62,069 bases of DNA, filler included, from Choristocarpus tenellus KU-1152 (GCA_964200185.2; 9 parts of 9 records of this genome joined end to end with filler, not necessarily neighbours in it); one strand, 5' to 3'. Shown: positions 13,402-26,554, counted from the first letter of the whole stretch. Notes: generated by a model not told the origin, from the sequence alone. Program-made: numbers and translations.

Positions 13402-16164
13402 CAGTACGTGGGCTAACCTCGGCTTAATACTGTTTAATTAATAAGCCACTCACAGGACACGATTTTGGTTGAGCGTCTTGGAGGACACTGCTTGATGCTT
13501 CCAAAGTACCACTGAGAATTGAACCCGATGGAAATGGGCCGGGGGCGGGCAAAGCACTATGTACGAGGCCACTGTGACTACACATTCCTTGAAAAATGAG
13601 AGCCAACATTCCTGTCGGTCTTAAGGAAGGGGGACTGTCCAGGGTACTTGTGGAGAGGTTCTTCAGGTTGAGCATTGCTTACCATCTGATATATTCCAAC
13701 GAGAAAGGCATGGAGTGTACCAAATTGGACAGGGCGTAGAAGACATTTAACTCTGACAGGAGGTACCTTCAGAATACCTCATTTGACTTCGCATGGAATG
13801 TCCGCTCCATTTCACAACAATTATCACTCTCACAGTTCAAACACTTTTGTACTTCCTGCCAGTTCTTTCCACGATTGTGAGAAATCATTCAACAAAATAA
13901 AAAAATCATCATACCTTACCTCAAAACANNNNNNNNNNNNNNNNNNNNNNNNNNNNNNNNNNNNNNNNNNNNTTAATTAATTAANNNNNNNNNNNNNNNN
14001 NNNNNNNNNNNNNNNNNNNNNNNNNNNNTTCATCATTAAAAAAAAAGAATCTTCAGAAGGGAGATTACCACTAATTTACCCCCCTATCCCTATAATGGAC
14101 CAACAAGAATATGAACCCCAGGGCATACTCTACTTGAGCATTAACCCTAGATCCGTGAAATATTTTGTTTCCGATAGGGAACCTCCTTTGGACTACTTGA
14201 GTCATGGAGTGGTGTAGTTTGTATTGTGTGTGTGTGTGCATGCACACAATAAACCACACTCAAGTCAGCAATTAGTATAGGTACAAATCCAGCCTTCAAT
14301 AATTCAAACCCTAGAGTGCAGAATGACTAAGCTGTGCTCACACTTCAGATCCCCTGTTTTTAACGCCCTACTTTTTCCTTCACCTCTACACAACATCCTG
14401 ACCACAAACACTCAAACTTTCTTCTGCCCTTTCTGTTTACCCTTTCGCATCAGCAATGACAATATATGACTTGTGCATAGCAGACCTAAAGTGAAAGCAA
14501 TCACATGCAGTAGAAATACGTTTTGGCCAAAGATGTAACAACCGGCTCCTTTCATAGACCCTTGCTCAACCAGTCTGTGCACAAGTTAACTGCTGTCCCA
14601 GAGTAGTTGGTGGCTCACCTGAGAGAAGGTGGCCACTATGGAGAAGGATGACTGGGTCACAGCAGACACCCCGATCAAGAAGCTAGTCGCGTCTTTGTGG
14701 GGACCAGGGACGATCAGGGTGCCTCGTGACCTATCCTTTGTGGTCCACCTTACAATTCAAGGGTTAGGGCAGGTTTGGATGGAGTTTAGACTTAGGGTTG
14801 CTATAAATGACGTCTCATGCGCAAGAAGAGAGATTAGACGTACAGGAAATACATTATCAAAGAGTGTGTGCTTCAAGACCACAAGCCACAGTGTATATAG
14901 CTGCAAAAACCTCCACATTATGTTCCTTACTGCACAGTATCATCCATATCACTATCCTGACCTGATACTTACAAATAGATACTCTATGGAGTATCCTTAG
15001 TACTACTTGCCGGAGCATTTTCGATTATCAGTAGGGAGTAAACCAACGGTTCATCGCAGGACGGACCCAGTAGCAAATAATTAGTATTTGGGGACACTAA
15101 GGACAGGTCCAATCGGTCCAATTTTTTATAGGTTATCCCATCCTTCAGCCTCACGCACAGTACGTCATACATCATTCTTACTTGAAAAGAAGCTATGTAT
15201 TAATCAGTAACAAATTAGTGTTGAGGCTTCTAAAATGTGTGCTCTGAATACCTACTAGAGAGCTTGACATCAAAAGAGAATGGTACCCTACATATCAGTG
15301 GTTCTGTCCAATATGCGTACTTTGATGACCCAATCAAGTGCAGCAAAATTAAGTACAATTATCAGTAAAGCACCAGATTCCCATATCATGTCACTCTTCT
15401 GATGAAGAGATTGCAGTACATTCACCATTTTAAAGTACTGCAGTAGTTATTGGTCAATATCATATATATCACTTGGGGATTGGTGCATGTCAAAGCATGA
15501 ATTGCAAAGAAATGAACAAAGTGATACATTACCCTGATTTAACATGAAAACACAAAGCCATGACCTCTATCATGAGCCCCACCAACACAATAATCGTTGA
15601 GTAGTACATCATTATCTGCTAGCACCCACAAAGCATGACCAGTCAGAAGCGCAGGACATACTCTAGCCTTCCTTTTTAATAACAGTTTTTACGTTCTCAC
15701 ACATTGATTACACACAAACCATATATAGGAGAGTGAGGCTGGAACTCAGCCCCTACCAATAGGCTCTCTCGTGTCGTTGAATAACTAAACTGGTCAGTAA
15801 CATCATGCCAGCATCCGCCAATTTCCAGTTTGAGCCAAGCCAGTTGAGAGCTAGGTAGGTTTGGAGCCTTTTGCATTCTAAGCCACCTTTCTCAGCCTGT
15901 GCGATACACTCTATTCGATTGCTTTATGCACATAATAGTGTACGCAAAATTTATTCTCCCCCGTTCCGCACAAAAACTGACACCACAATTCAGTAAAGGT
16001 TCTACAATTGTATAAAATTGAATCTTTTTGCCCTTTCTCGGGATCCTTGAAATGGAACCCTGCCTACCTCTCCATTGGTTAGATTATTTTCCACTATTTT
16101 TTTTTTTTATGTGTGAGTTGTTGAGGCTGGTGGTGCAGACTTCGTGCCAAAAAATTAATAGTAC

Positions 16165-16238
16165 TACTCAAGCTGGGACCCAAACACCAGACCTTGTGCA
16201 TGTGAGGCAGACATTATAGCCAACTTAACCGCCAGATC
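16165..16238 (-). pseudogene. Degenerate tRNA-Val(CAC) copy
   Basis: 74-nt colinear copy of 16612-16685 with broken acceptor and T stems and a mutated B box. Confidence 0.75.
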
Positions 16239-16611
16239 AGCCCCTGTCTTATACTTTTCCCCCAATACTACAAACATTGAGGATTCGAGATCGACTCTCT
16301 GCTATATGTAGTTCATTGCTTGATACCAGGAACTGCGACTCTTGGGTAGGAAACAGCACCTTCCTCGCATTTTCGCATCCTCTACAATACCCACTCTGAA
16401 AGGGTGCCAATCACCTGCCATAATGCTACAAAAATCATTATACACTTACACATACAAGAATGGATCAATCTCATGCAGGATTCTGGAGATACATTTCATC
16501 TTTCACAACAGTATGATTTTGGTATTAATATCCTAGTGACTACGGCTCTGTCTGTATGTAGTACAGATGAGTTGCTGTGGCTTGTGATGAAAGATTTTTC
16601 TCAAAAAAACA

Positions 16612-16685
16612 TACTCTAGCCGGGGCTCGAACCCGGGACCTTGTGCGTGTGGGGCACACGTTATAGCCAACTAAACCACCAGAGC
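16612..16685 (-). tRNA. tRNA-Val(CAC), atypical (C33, G1:U72)
   Basis: GCTCTGG TG GTTTAGTTGGCTATAAC G TGTGC CC-CAC-AC GCACA AGGTC CCGGG TTCGAGC CCCGG CTAGAGT A. Cloverleaf folds; a T7 Pol III terminator follows immediately. Confidence 0.8.
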
Positions 16686-17568
16686 ATTCTATGGACAATA
16701 CCATCTTCAATATTTCATCATATGATTTGTTTAGACAAGTACAAACATCACGCATTGGTGTGTGATAGTCGACTTGGTATTTGATATGTAAACAGTTAAA
16801 GGGTGAGGGCGTCTGCCTTGTAACGAGTTCCTTGGCACCGACAACAGGAAGGTGGATAACCTTATCCATTATGGGGGTCAAGCTCAACATTGAACTGTTC
16901 CAATGCAGAGAAAACCAGGCAAAGGACCTCCGAACACATCAGTGACAAATCTGGCAAGTTACCGAGGGAGCAAACACTCAACATAGAATGGTCGAGGAGA
17001 TATTTTAAAGTGCTCCGCTTTGAAAAGTCGGCCAACTTCAACCCTAGGTCGTGGGACAACAAGCTTCATGGAAGAGTGCTATTCCAAGAAAGCTGCGATA
17101 GGCAATGCAAGTTATGTTTACGCAGCAGGTAAGGCAATAGGAATAACCAACACCACCACTACCATTGTGTGCTGAATTTCCATTGTAGTCCTTTCCTGGG
17201 TTGATTGTTCTTGAGTCCCTCTTTTTTCCTGTTCCTAGTTGTTTCTTTGTGTGACACGTGATGAGTGATGTTTTTCTTCTTTCGATTATCCTGATATGCC
17301 TCAAGTTTTGTGCGCGTTAGTGCTGCATTTAACCTGGACCCTCCCCATTGCCTCATGCATCCTCCAAGTACTTTCTACCTTTTGTGTCTCTTTTCGCATT
17401 TTTTCTTCTTTTTCTTCTGCAGTACTTGCATTTCTCAAACAGTAGTATTTCAAATAGAAGCATTTCACACGCAGGCTGCCAGCTAATAGTCCAGAAATTT
17501 CCCCCTACCGTATAGGAAATCGGTAATCAGTGGAGCAGCATGGTGCTATACATTTACCCCCCAACAGT

Positions 17569-17910
17569 GAGTCGAAGTAGACGAGAGGTACCCAGGTTTT
17601 GGCCGTTTTGAATTTTAAGATATTTTTTCGATCTTTTGCAATTCACTCATATTTCAATGGATGAAGTGCTAAGTTTGACTCGAGAGCGTTGACTTCTCTA
17701 TTGCTTGAGACTTTTCGACAGAAATGAGGAAATATCCTACACACATTTGTGAAAAAGTCGAATTTTGCGCGTAATTGTCAGCATCCTTAAAATGCATGCT
17801 GCGTACATAATTACTTCTTCATGTGTTTAATAGCAGCACTTGGTGTGTACAGTACTTCAAAGCATCTCCTTATGCGAACAACTCTGGGTAGCTCTCGTTT
17901 ACTTTGACCC
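17569..17910. mobile_element. MITE family B, with 3-bp TSD AGT
   Basis: TIRs GAGTCGAAGTAGACGAGAGGTACCCAG / CTGGGTAGCTCTCGTTTACTTTGACCC; AGT at 17566-17568 and 17911-17913. Confidence 0.7.
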
Positions 17911-18411
17911 AGTGCAAAAAATTCCACGTAAACCATCGGCAATAACTTCCTTCTTTATCATACCGTACCCCAACTAAACTGAAACCCTATCAGATCACTA
18001 TTCTCAACCTGTTTATATTGCCATCTTTAGACGACCTTTTCGTCACGGGTTCAATATACCTCAGGATAATAATGCGGAAAAATAACTTCGTAGGTCAATA
18101 CCAGGCACATGTGGAATATTGACCAAGACCCACAACATCCACATCCCCTTTCACATAAATATTATTTGCCCTCTAATATTTTACGTTTCGTTATCTACTA
18201 GAGCCATGATGAAAGGGCAGGCATTTACCATGATGCTATGAGTGACGCACCACCTTAGGCATTATACTTTAGATCTAAGGTGGTACCAGTAGTTTCGCCC
18301 TCAGGGGTTGTCCCGTCATAAATTTTGATGTAGACATCGGATTAAAAAATAAAAGCACATTCGTGATGCCCGTCACAAGGCCCTCCAGAGCACGGGCTTC
18401 ATTTTTTTTCT

Positions 18412-18516
18412 GCACTTTTTTTTATAGTTGAAGAAAGAGCGCTCATATTGGGGTTCGAACCCCGGATTTAGGTCACTAAGAGTGGCAACAGATATACCAA
18501 TCTCGACTAAAGTATA
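18412..18516 (-). mobile_element. Possible tRNA-derived SINE or tRNA pseudogene head
   Basis: A box TAGTCGAGATTGG and B box GGTTCGAACCC at near-tRNA spacing, followed by an A-rich tail; no acceptor stem. Confidence 0.35.
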
Positions 18517-19792
18517 GGGTTTAGGCGGGGAAAAAGCCTCCCAACCCTTTCTTCCTGTGTTGATTTCTCGAATGAATGCAGCCTGGGAGAACACCTTGAT
18601 CAACTTTATACGTCCGACCCCAAGTCCAGGAACAAAAGTGAGTGTACGGCATCTTGGAAGAAGTGTTACAGGCGCCCCTCAAAGCTTACCTCCACAGGAT
18701 GTATAGCTCCAATCTACGGGCCTATAGATGATACTGATGTACGTATAGGACTCCTGATGCACAAGTCNNNNNNNNNNNNNNNNNNNNNNNNNNNNNNNNN
18801 NNNNNNNNNNNTTAATTAATTAANNNNNNNNNNNNNNNNNNNNNNNNNNNNNNNNNNNNNNNNNNNNCCCCCAGATGCTTTGGGTCAGGTTGGCATGATT
18901 CATCCTTTGCCTATTGCAATGAACAGACTGAAGCGAAGCGTCTACGAACAGTTTTTTTTTTCTTGCAATGTACATATGTGTGGAATGATTCAATCAGACC
19001 AATGAGTCCAAATACCGTAGGAGCTCTGATTGCATTGGACACAAAAGTACGACAACGTAAGATAACTACTTCAACTTAAAAGAAGAAAGCTCGAGATATA
19101 CTGGACTTTGTATAGTTCAACTTAAAAATAAAAAAAGACTACCAGATACTGAGGTATGTACAGTTACCTCAGAGTGCCCAATAGACGGATCGATGATAAA
19201 TAAAACAGTCGCTCGTATAGCTTCTTGTCAACTTTGTTTCAAACCGATACTATTGAGCACAACATGCCTACCCTAAGAAACAATAACGCTGTACACCCCA
19301 GGAGACAAACGGAGCAGCTCTTGAGAGAGATTGGGGCTAGACCCAAGGCAGGCATGACCCTGAACAGTCTCCATGACTTGGCAGTGGCCAAGGTGGGGTA
19401 GGGCACCAACATTTTCGATTCATTTTACTGGGATGCGAGCAGCAATATTTGAAGTTGAACCACAGTAATTTTTTACAAAATATTTAGTTTTGTACTCCAA
19501 GAATTGCATACAGTATTATGACAGCAGTCCAGGTGAAATCATAGAAGAAGAGTATGAACACCTTCAGTAGATGTACTGCAATTCATATGGCAGGTTGTGT
19601 TTATTGTATGGCCGTACTTGAGTTTCATATGTGCAGTTCGAGTGAATAGAGTATGTACGTAAGCTTTTTTTAATACTTGCAGTGGTCCTCAAGTAGCTTT
19701 ATGTTCTACAGAGGTATTAAGCCACTTCCATGATATCTCCGTGTCTTCTTTGACAAGACGTAGGCTGGCCCTTTATCTTCTTACCCAGATCT

Positions 19793-19887
19793 GAAGAGTC
19801 CAGGCCCCTTGCTAAATGTAAGAGTCCAGACCTCTTGCTAAAAGGAAGAGTCCAGACCTCTCACCAAAAAGAACAGTGTCCAGATCC
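19793..19887. repeat. 26-bp tandem repeat, about 3.5 units
   Basis: AAGAGTCCAGACCTCTTGCTAAAAGG-like units. Confidence 0.7.
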
Positions 19888-21951
19888 CTCACTCCCTTCG
19901 ACATGACTCTCACAATATATATCCCCACCTTGCGGAATCAGATGAGGGAAGGCGATTCAGTAGAATGTAGAGAAGGGAGGAGAGGAGATGATCGTCTGCA
20001 AGGGCAGCGGCCGAAGGAGAAGACCAAGAAGGTTCTTGTAAAAGAAAAGAAAAGAATGGCCCATTGCAGAGTGCTGAAGCATTGGGGTGCTCCAGATTTT
20101 TCAGAATGAGTCACTTTTTTCTTGATGCAGTTCTGGTTTAAGCTTAACACCCATCGAGATGTCAGGTGTGGGTCCCACAAGTTGTTGTGTGCAAGCAGTG
20201 TGGAGGAGTTATGAATGTTCAAGTTAATTCTTCGTGAAGGTTTGCAGGAGTCAAGCAACCGTTAAACAATCGTTTTTTCCAACCTCGAAAACCTTCTTGT
20301 AACCTGAGCATTGACGTGAGCACCAAGGCATGTGCTTTAGAAACAGGAGATCTATCCCAGACTTCTTTCTTTCTCCCCAACCTCGCCCTATTAGGCCTGG
20401 TGATGGTACTCCATGATCTATTATGTGGAATGTCCTTTAAAAGTGTGACCTATGTTCTCGGTTGATAGTGAAATGCTAGGTACCCTTAACAGACATTTTT
20501 TTGTCTTACAAACATCAAGATGGGTTGTTTAGGGGTCGCATATGATACTACCTCTTTGGGATATAGGATATGGCGACGATTCAGACAATGGTCAAGAAGG
20601 GACCACCAAGTCTGGTTATATGTCATAGTTTGTGTCAGAGCTGAAAACCATTGACAGAAGGCTTTTCCTGTACCCCAACACTCCCCAAATATTGCTCTCA
20701 TCCATCACTGTAAGCCATGTTCTTCATTGTATTTCCACATTACCAAAGCCCGAAATTGCATCATGGCTCAGAGATCAGTATTCTAGGGCCCTTCCCTGCT
20801 CCCTTTGCCTATCACTCCACCCTCCCGCCTGCAGCAATCTGCACCTCTTGTGATCGAAAATTTCTATACAAAACTCACTCTACCCCCACTTGCTCACCTA
20901 TCAAAAATAGGTCGATTGGAAGGTGACCCTCCTCATTACACTCCTGATTGTGGCTTTCAGAGCACACAGCCTGGGTGAGTCATGCCGAGTCTTGACATTA
21001 TTATCCTTCTCCAACATGTTGAGCCCTGCAGTCTTATGCCTTAATATTTCTCTGGAACTAAGTAAGATCTTTCTGTGAGATAGAGCAAATAGAAGGTCCT
21101 GATATGGAGTTGAGAAGAGACCACACCTGAGTCGTACCATCGATGTGGGAATTTTCTTTTGTAGGTTTGTTTCCCTGACAATAGGATTTCACTCCAGGGC
21201 CTCTTGGAGTGTATATTGTCGCCACTTCCCTCTCATTGTGGTAAGTATGTTCTCCTGGTTGCCATGCAGTTACATTGTGCATATGGGTGGGACTGCCTAA
21301 TCTACCTCAGGAGTTGACTAGGCACTACTGCTGCAATATTTTCGAAACCAACCTAAGATTTGATGTTTAGTCCTGAAATATGCGGCAAGCCAAGAAGATA
21401 TGCTCCTATACACATTAATTCACCGCGAAGGAGAGCATGTGGCTTGAGAACATCATGTGAAACTGAAAGAGCGTTGTGAACAATTATGGGTTAAAACGGT
21501 CATCATGTGATATAGATGAACTGCATGTTTGGCACCCCTTGAGAATTTTTGCACATTATCTTCTCAAAGCACCCAACTCTTTCCCAATGATTTCGACACC
21601 TTAATGCTACAACCGCAGGAATATGGAAATGGCTCCTTGGTGGTGGACCACCGAGGGGAACAGGTGAAGGCAGACCTAGTGTGCACTCCCAACTCCCCAC
21701 TACAAACAACCCAACAGGTGAGATGTGAGCTTTAGGAAATCCAGACAATCTTTCCCTGAGCCAAATCAGCTATGTTATTAGTTGGCTAGGGTAAGGGACT
21801 TGAAGGAGAACAGAGCTGTTGTCGAGATCAACTCTTATGCTCCTTAGAGTAGGTCAAACGGTCTTACCACTGTTGCCATTATCAGCGTGATGAGAGGGTT
21901 GGAGGATACAGCCACCACTGGCTAACAGCCTTTCTGTAACTGTCATTTGCT

Positions 21952-22213
21952 GACCCAAAGCATTTAAGAAGGTAGGGGTTTTGCCCTGTTTTATCCGTTA
22001 GGGGCTTGACTTCCCACGGGTTTTTATACCCCTTTTCGGTTTTCGAAACATTTTGAAGTAGGTAAAATGTGCATGAATGTGAAAAAAGGTGTGTCCTGAG
22101 CAAGGATATTGACATTTGGTAACAAATGAGATAGCCAAAATTACATCAAAATCGCAACATTGGATTTTGGACCCCAAAGGGACGCAGCCCAACCAACTAA
22201 GATACTTTGACAC
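21952..22213. mobile_element. MITE family C (~260 bp, TIR ..CAAAGTATCTTAGAGGGTA)
   Basis: Homologous to 26167-26429, 26555-26813 and 57368-57622; both termini present but degenerate. Confidence 0.7.
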
Positions 22214-22879
22214 TCTTGTTTTTTTCTGCATGTGCCACGTAGGTGGAACTGCCTTCGGCGATGATAAGATTTATGCAACAATGGGACCAGAGGAGGTGGA
22301 GGAGGTTGCTGCTGACAACAGCAAAAGCACTGCTGATTCAAAAATAAAGGGCAAGGGGGAAGTTAACATGGCGGATGCTGCAGATGTTTGCTTGTTCAAC
22401 AAAGACAGGGTTTTGGACACTTTGGAAATAGAAACTGATTTCGTGATGAATGTTGACAAGGATGACACGAGTGGAAACGGGAGGGCTGGGGATCACAAGA
22501 ACTTGAAAAATAATGATGACATTGGCAGTGCAGACCTGGAGATATTGGCAGAGTAATGAAACATGGAATGTGCATAGAATGGTAAGCTGAGGAGTGACAG
22601 ATAAACAAAGGCATGACCGTTAGCTAGTCGCGGTGAAATCAAAGCTACAATATCGTCATGGGACTTGGAGGTTCTACTATGATTCAATAGTAGTATTGTG
22701 CAACTGACTTCTCGTGCAGTAAAAAAACCCGTGGAAGATTTCACACCATTGATTGCCATGGATGCTACTCAGGCCTCAACATGAATGTCCAGTATTGAGC
22801 GTGTCAGACGTACCACGGAATCCTCCATTTATGTATAGTGTCAGGGCAGTGACTAGTATGTCAGGTCTCCTTAAAAACG

Positions 22880-23139
22880 GGAAATGAAGTTTTGAATACT
22901 CCTACTGGTGGTCGATCATCGTGGTGGAACAGTATGTTCGCGAGATAAGAACGGATTATGAGATAAGGAATGAGAAATATTTCGAAACCATCCTGCACGC
23001 CAATCAATTTCAGTGTGAAAGCTTTCAAATGGCCAGATTCTTGAAGTCGTCGGTTTTTTGGAGTGAAAGCTTGCGAACACAAGAGGGAGAGCTCATCGAT
23101 ATTTTTGTGAAAAACCTTTCAATTCACCAAAATTTGTAA
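22880..23139 (+). pseudogene. Possible hAT transposase C-terminal dimerisation-domain remnant
   Basis: YWWS...KYFETILHANQFQCESFQMARFLKS...SL...ELIDIFVKNL* loosely follows the hAT pattern WW...YLxxPATSxxxERxFSxA...RxxL...L.F...NL; judged by eye only. Confidence 0.3.
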
Positions 23140-23435
23140 GCTATTACTTGTGGATTGAGAGCTTGCAATCAGCGAAAGAAAAAGGGGACAACCGATAGTT
23201 TGTTAATAAAGCGTTCAGACGACCAACTGACGATGGGAAGTCGGTAGTAGTAGTGGTTTGAAAGCTTGCGGTGAGCATCCATATTTCACAATCGAGTGGC
23301 AGAAGTTCCTTGCATGAGGTATAAACGACGAATGAAACCACGTTCCATATAGTATGTCAAATATTCTGAGTGTTTGCTTTTTCACCCACCCCCTCCCTGT
23401 CATATATGTCAACGTAATTTGTGTCCTCTCCATCA

Positions 23436-24901
23436 TTATGATTCCTCTTCATCCTCATCCTCGTCATCCGAACTTTCCGAACCACCTGCCCTACTTCCTG
23501 GAAAGAAATAATTATGCAGCAATTCCTCTCCTGCTACGATGTCTCTAGCTAGCCTGAACTTCAGCGAGTTAGGTGGGTAACTCAGTGCTTCCCAGAGCGG
23601 GCCTTTCCGTGCTCCTGCTCCCCCTCCCCTTCCCCCCGTCGATCCCTTCTCAAGACTCCAATTTGTGGGGATAAACTTCGAGTGCCATTCAACATTCGCC
23701 TTCTCCAAGTCCGCCCCGCATTAGTTCATGTACCACAAAAAGTGGCAAGGTAGTGGCACAAAAAAACAGCACGGCGTGCGGCCGCGACACTTCACCGCCT
23801 ACACACATAGAAGCCATATCATTCGTCACCATGTACCGAGGAACGCCATCAGCCACGATGGCGTCATGAACCTCCTTCTCTGTATCGTACACTACGAAGG
23901 TTCCGAAGCAAGAAATATCTATGAAGTCCCCAGCCTTGATGTCCTTCACCGCACATAGCCCGACACCATGAGTATCAGACTCCTGTGAAAATGTCGGAAA
24001 ATATCAGGAAAAACGCGGGTGGGTGGAAAGACGTAACAACGAAGAGAGCTCGTAAGCAGTGTGATACCATGGTTGCGATGGTCGGTCGCCAACTAGATAG
24101 AAACGTTCCACACACGGTTCACATACAAGCTGTAAACTGAACCTGACAAGATTGTTGACTCTACCTTCTATCGCCTGGAGGACAGCACACACTAATCAAT
24201 GTCAAATGGCATGCATGTATTAGCCAACACTGCTTGCTAGAAGAACCTCGATTGAGTGACTCACGATACAGCCACATCAATAAAGCCCTTGCATCTGTTT
24301 GTGAGGTTCGACCGTCCCTCGATGTGCATACCTTTATCTCGAGGCCCTTGGATGCAGCGGCCTTCTGTGCCACCTGCCGGGCGGGGGAACCATCCGATCC
24401 TTCTTGTCTGGACGCCATGTCGTCAAGCACCGTGCGTGGAACGTTCGTCTCCGGAATGTTTGCCAGTCGGAGGCACCATCCCATCATTTTCTGGGCCTGG
24501 TCAGCAGTCAGGATCTTCGACCACAGTCCTGTCTTGGTGACATGGTCGCAAACACTAGCCAGGTCATCCGTAAAGGCTTGGAGCCTCGAAAGTTCGGACA
24601 CGAGTGCGATGAGCGTCCGCCCTGCTTTCAGCACCACCCGCGAAAGCTCGCTGTCTCGATCAGCGGATAAAGCTAGGACCGCATCCCCCGCATCCGTAAA
24701 TCTGGTACGAAATACTATCGAAGGGAGAGGGGATTATCAATACCTCTGTTGGAAAATGGAACAAGACGTGTTGCAGTTACCGACACGATCGAGCAAGTAT
24801 CCGCAGAGGCGTGGTATCTTCATTTCAATGAAGTGACTGCACAAGTAGCATACATTGATACAACAACCCTTGCTATCATCTGCGAAATCATTATGAAAAA
24901 T
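23436..24901 (-). pseudogene. Intronless, decayed SET-domain (lysine methyltransferase-like) gene with acidic C-terminal tail
   Basis: SET motifs in order: ESDTHGVGLCAVKDIKAGDFIDISCFG (~23982-23900), WYMN*CGADLEKANV (the NHSCxPN position, TAA at 23721-23723) and ARDIVAGEELLHNY (~23550-23508). Frameshift in the A7 run 23760-23766, in-frame TGA at 24004-24006, second frameshift near 24161-24192. Upstream coding-like sequence runs to the contig end. Confidence 0.7.
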
Positions 24902-26166
24902 NNNNNNNNNNNNNNNNNNNNNNNNNNNNNNNNNNNNNNNNNNNNTTAATTAATTAANNNNNNNNNNNNNNNNNNNNNNNNNNNNNNNNNNNNNNNNNNN
25001 NTTTTTGGTTTTTTTTTTAATGTTCGTTTTTTTTTTTTTTTTTTTAACATTGTCGACGGTCTATCCGCCCCCCCCCCCCCCCCCCTCCAGATATTTTGAA
25101 CCTAGTACCGAGGCTGATAGATACAATTATTTGGTGTAAATGTGATGCAAACCTTGCAGTCACTCCATCCCCCATGAGTTGTGCCATGCAATCCACCGCT
25201 TTCAAAGCAAGACTCTGGAGATGCCACCAACTGCTGGTGTCTGCCAAAGTCCTTGCACAATCCATACTATATCCTGCTGCACAGCTTGATTCAAAGGGTG
25301 TAATTTCTTGGAGACTTTTGCCCCCCCCCAATAAAAGGAAAGGAGTCTGATTTATGTATGTAAATAGGAACATACACCAAGATTGAGGTGGAAAAAAATG
25401 AGATCAGCGAACATGTAGTCCGATCTAAAAGTTCTTTCCAGTAAGCTCATTCTAAGTACAACACAATATTCTTGCAATTGGGAGTGTCCAATCCTTACCA
25501 ATGACACTTGTACAACTATAGCTTTGTACTTGAGACTCTGTACCTCAATGTTGGGTCAACTTATTACCTCAACTCTTCCCAATGTGCCGAAAAAGGCTTG
25601 GGGGGGAACTCACCAATTCTTGTTGAATACCGAGCCCTGGGTGAAGTGCATGGTTGTAGCCTTGGCCTATCTACACAGAGCACACGCTTCCGTCATGATA
25701 AGTACTTCTATGTGTGTAGATATATATATATATATATATATATGTACGTATGTATATGTATGCCCCAAATGAACTGCTGCCCACGATCACACTTTGAAGA
25801 AGCACATGCTCTGTCTGTGTAGATCAGGCTCGGAATGATATTGATTGTATGTCAGGCAGGTCTTGCAATTGCACCTCTTTCAACGTCACATAGGAGACTC
25901 CAGGAGTTGGTAAGGCAGAGTGCTTTAATTTCCCTCCAATAAAATCTCACCCATTGGTAGTTACACACACCTCCGACTTCTCCCCATACACAATATGCAC
26001 CTCCGACCACAATGCAAGAGCTTAGCACAGAAAAACAACCACAAAGACAATGATCTATTTTTGTTCATCTCCCCCCCCCCTTCTTCAATTCATCCTCACG
26101 AATGTGTTCAATCGGTTTTGTGCTCTTGGAGTGATTGATGCCCACACAGGGCTGGGGTTAGAGACA

Positions 26167-26429
26167 GAGTCAAAGCGTCTTAGAGGGTAGGGCCGCGTCC
26201 ATTTGAGGGCCAATATCCAATGTTGCGATATTTTTTTGTGATTTTGACTATTGTGTTTGTTTGGAAGTGTCAATATCCTTGTTCCAAACACACCTTTTCA
26301 TAACATATACGTTTTAACTACTCCAAAAATATTCGGAGTATGGAAATGTCATTAAAACCCGTAGGAAACCAAGTCCCAAACGGACAAACAGGGCAAATTC
26401 CGTACCCTAACCCTAACATACTTTCGCTC
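26167..26429. mobile_element. MITE family C copy
   Basis: GAGTCAAAGCGTCTTAGAGGGTAGGGCCGCGTCC ... CATACTTTCGCTC. Confidence 0.75.
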
Positions 26430-26554
26430 ACGAGCATCAACAAGACAACGTGTGTCCAAAAAGTATGAACCATTTCTTGCATCACATGAGTCACATTAGG
26501 GATTTTCCCGGCCCATGGTCAGTGGCACTTGTACTACGTCTCATACCGACTGCT

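Noticed and set aside
13683-13753. Possible minus-strand exon (ELNVFYALSNLVHSMPFSLEYIRW|gtaagc)
   Set aside because: Short, at a contig edge, with no linked exon or recognisable family.
16890-17220. CDRQCKLC...HC..C suggesting a piggyBac C-terminal cysteine-rich domain
   Set aside because: Too degraded; no DDD core or TTAA-flanked TIR identified.
19900-21900. Possible LINE RNase H or ORF2 remnant on the minus strand (HNVTAWQPGEHTYHNER)
   Set aside because: Only one loose motif among many stops; cannot be supported without a search.
24234-24836. Longest ORF in the track (200 aa, + strand)
   Set aside because: It is the Ser-rich antisense shadow of the minus-strand SET-gene region.
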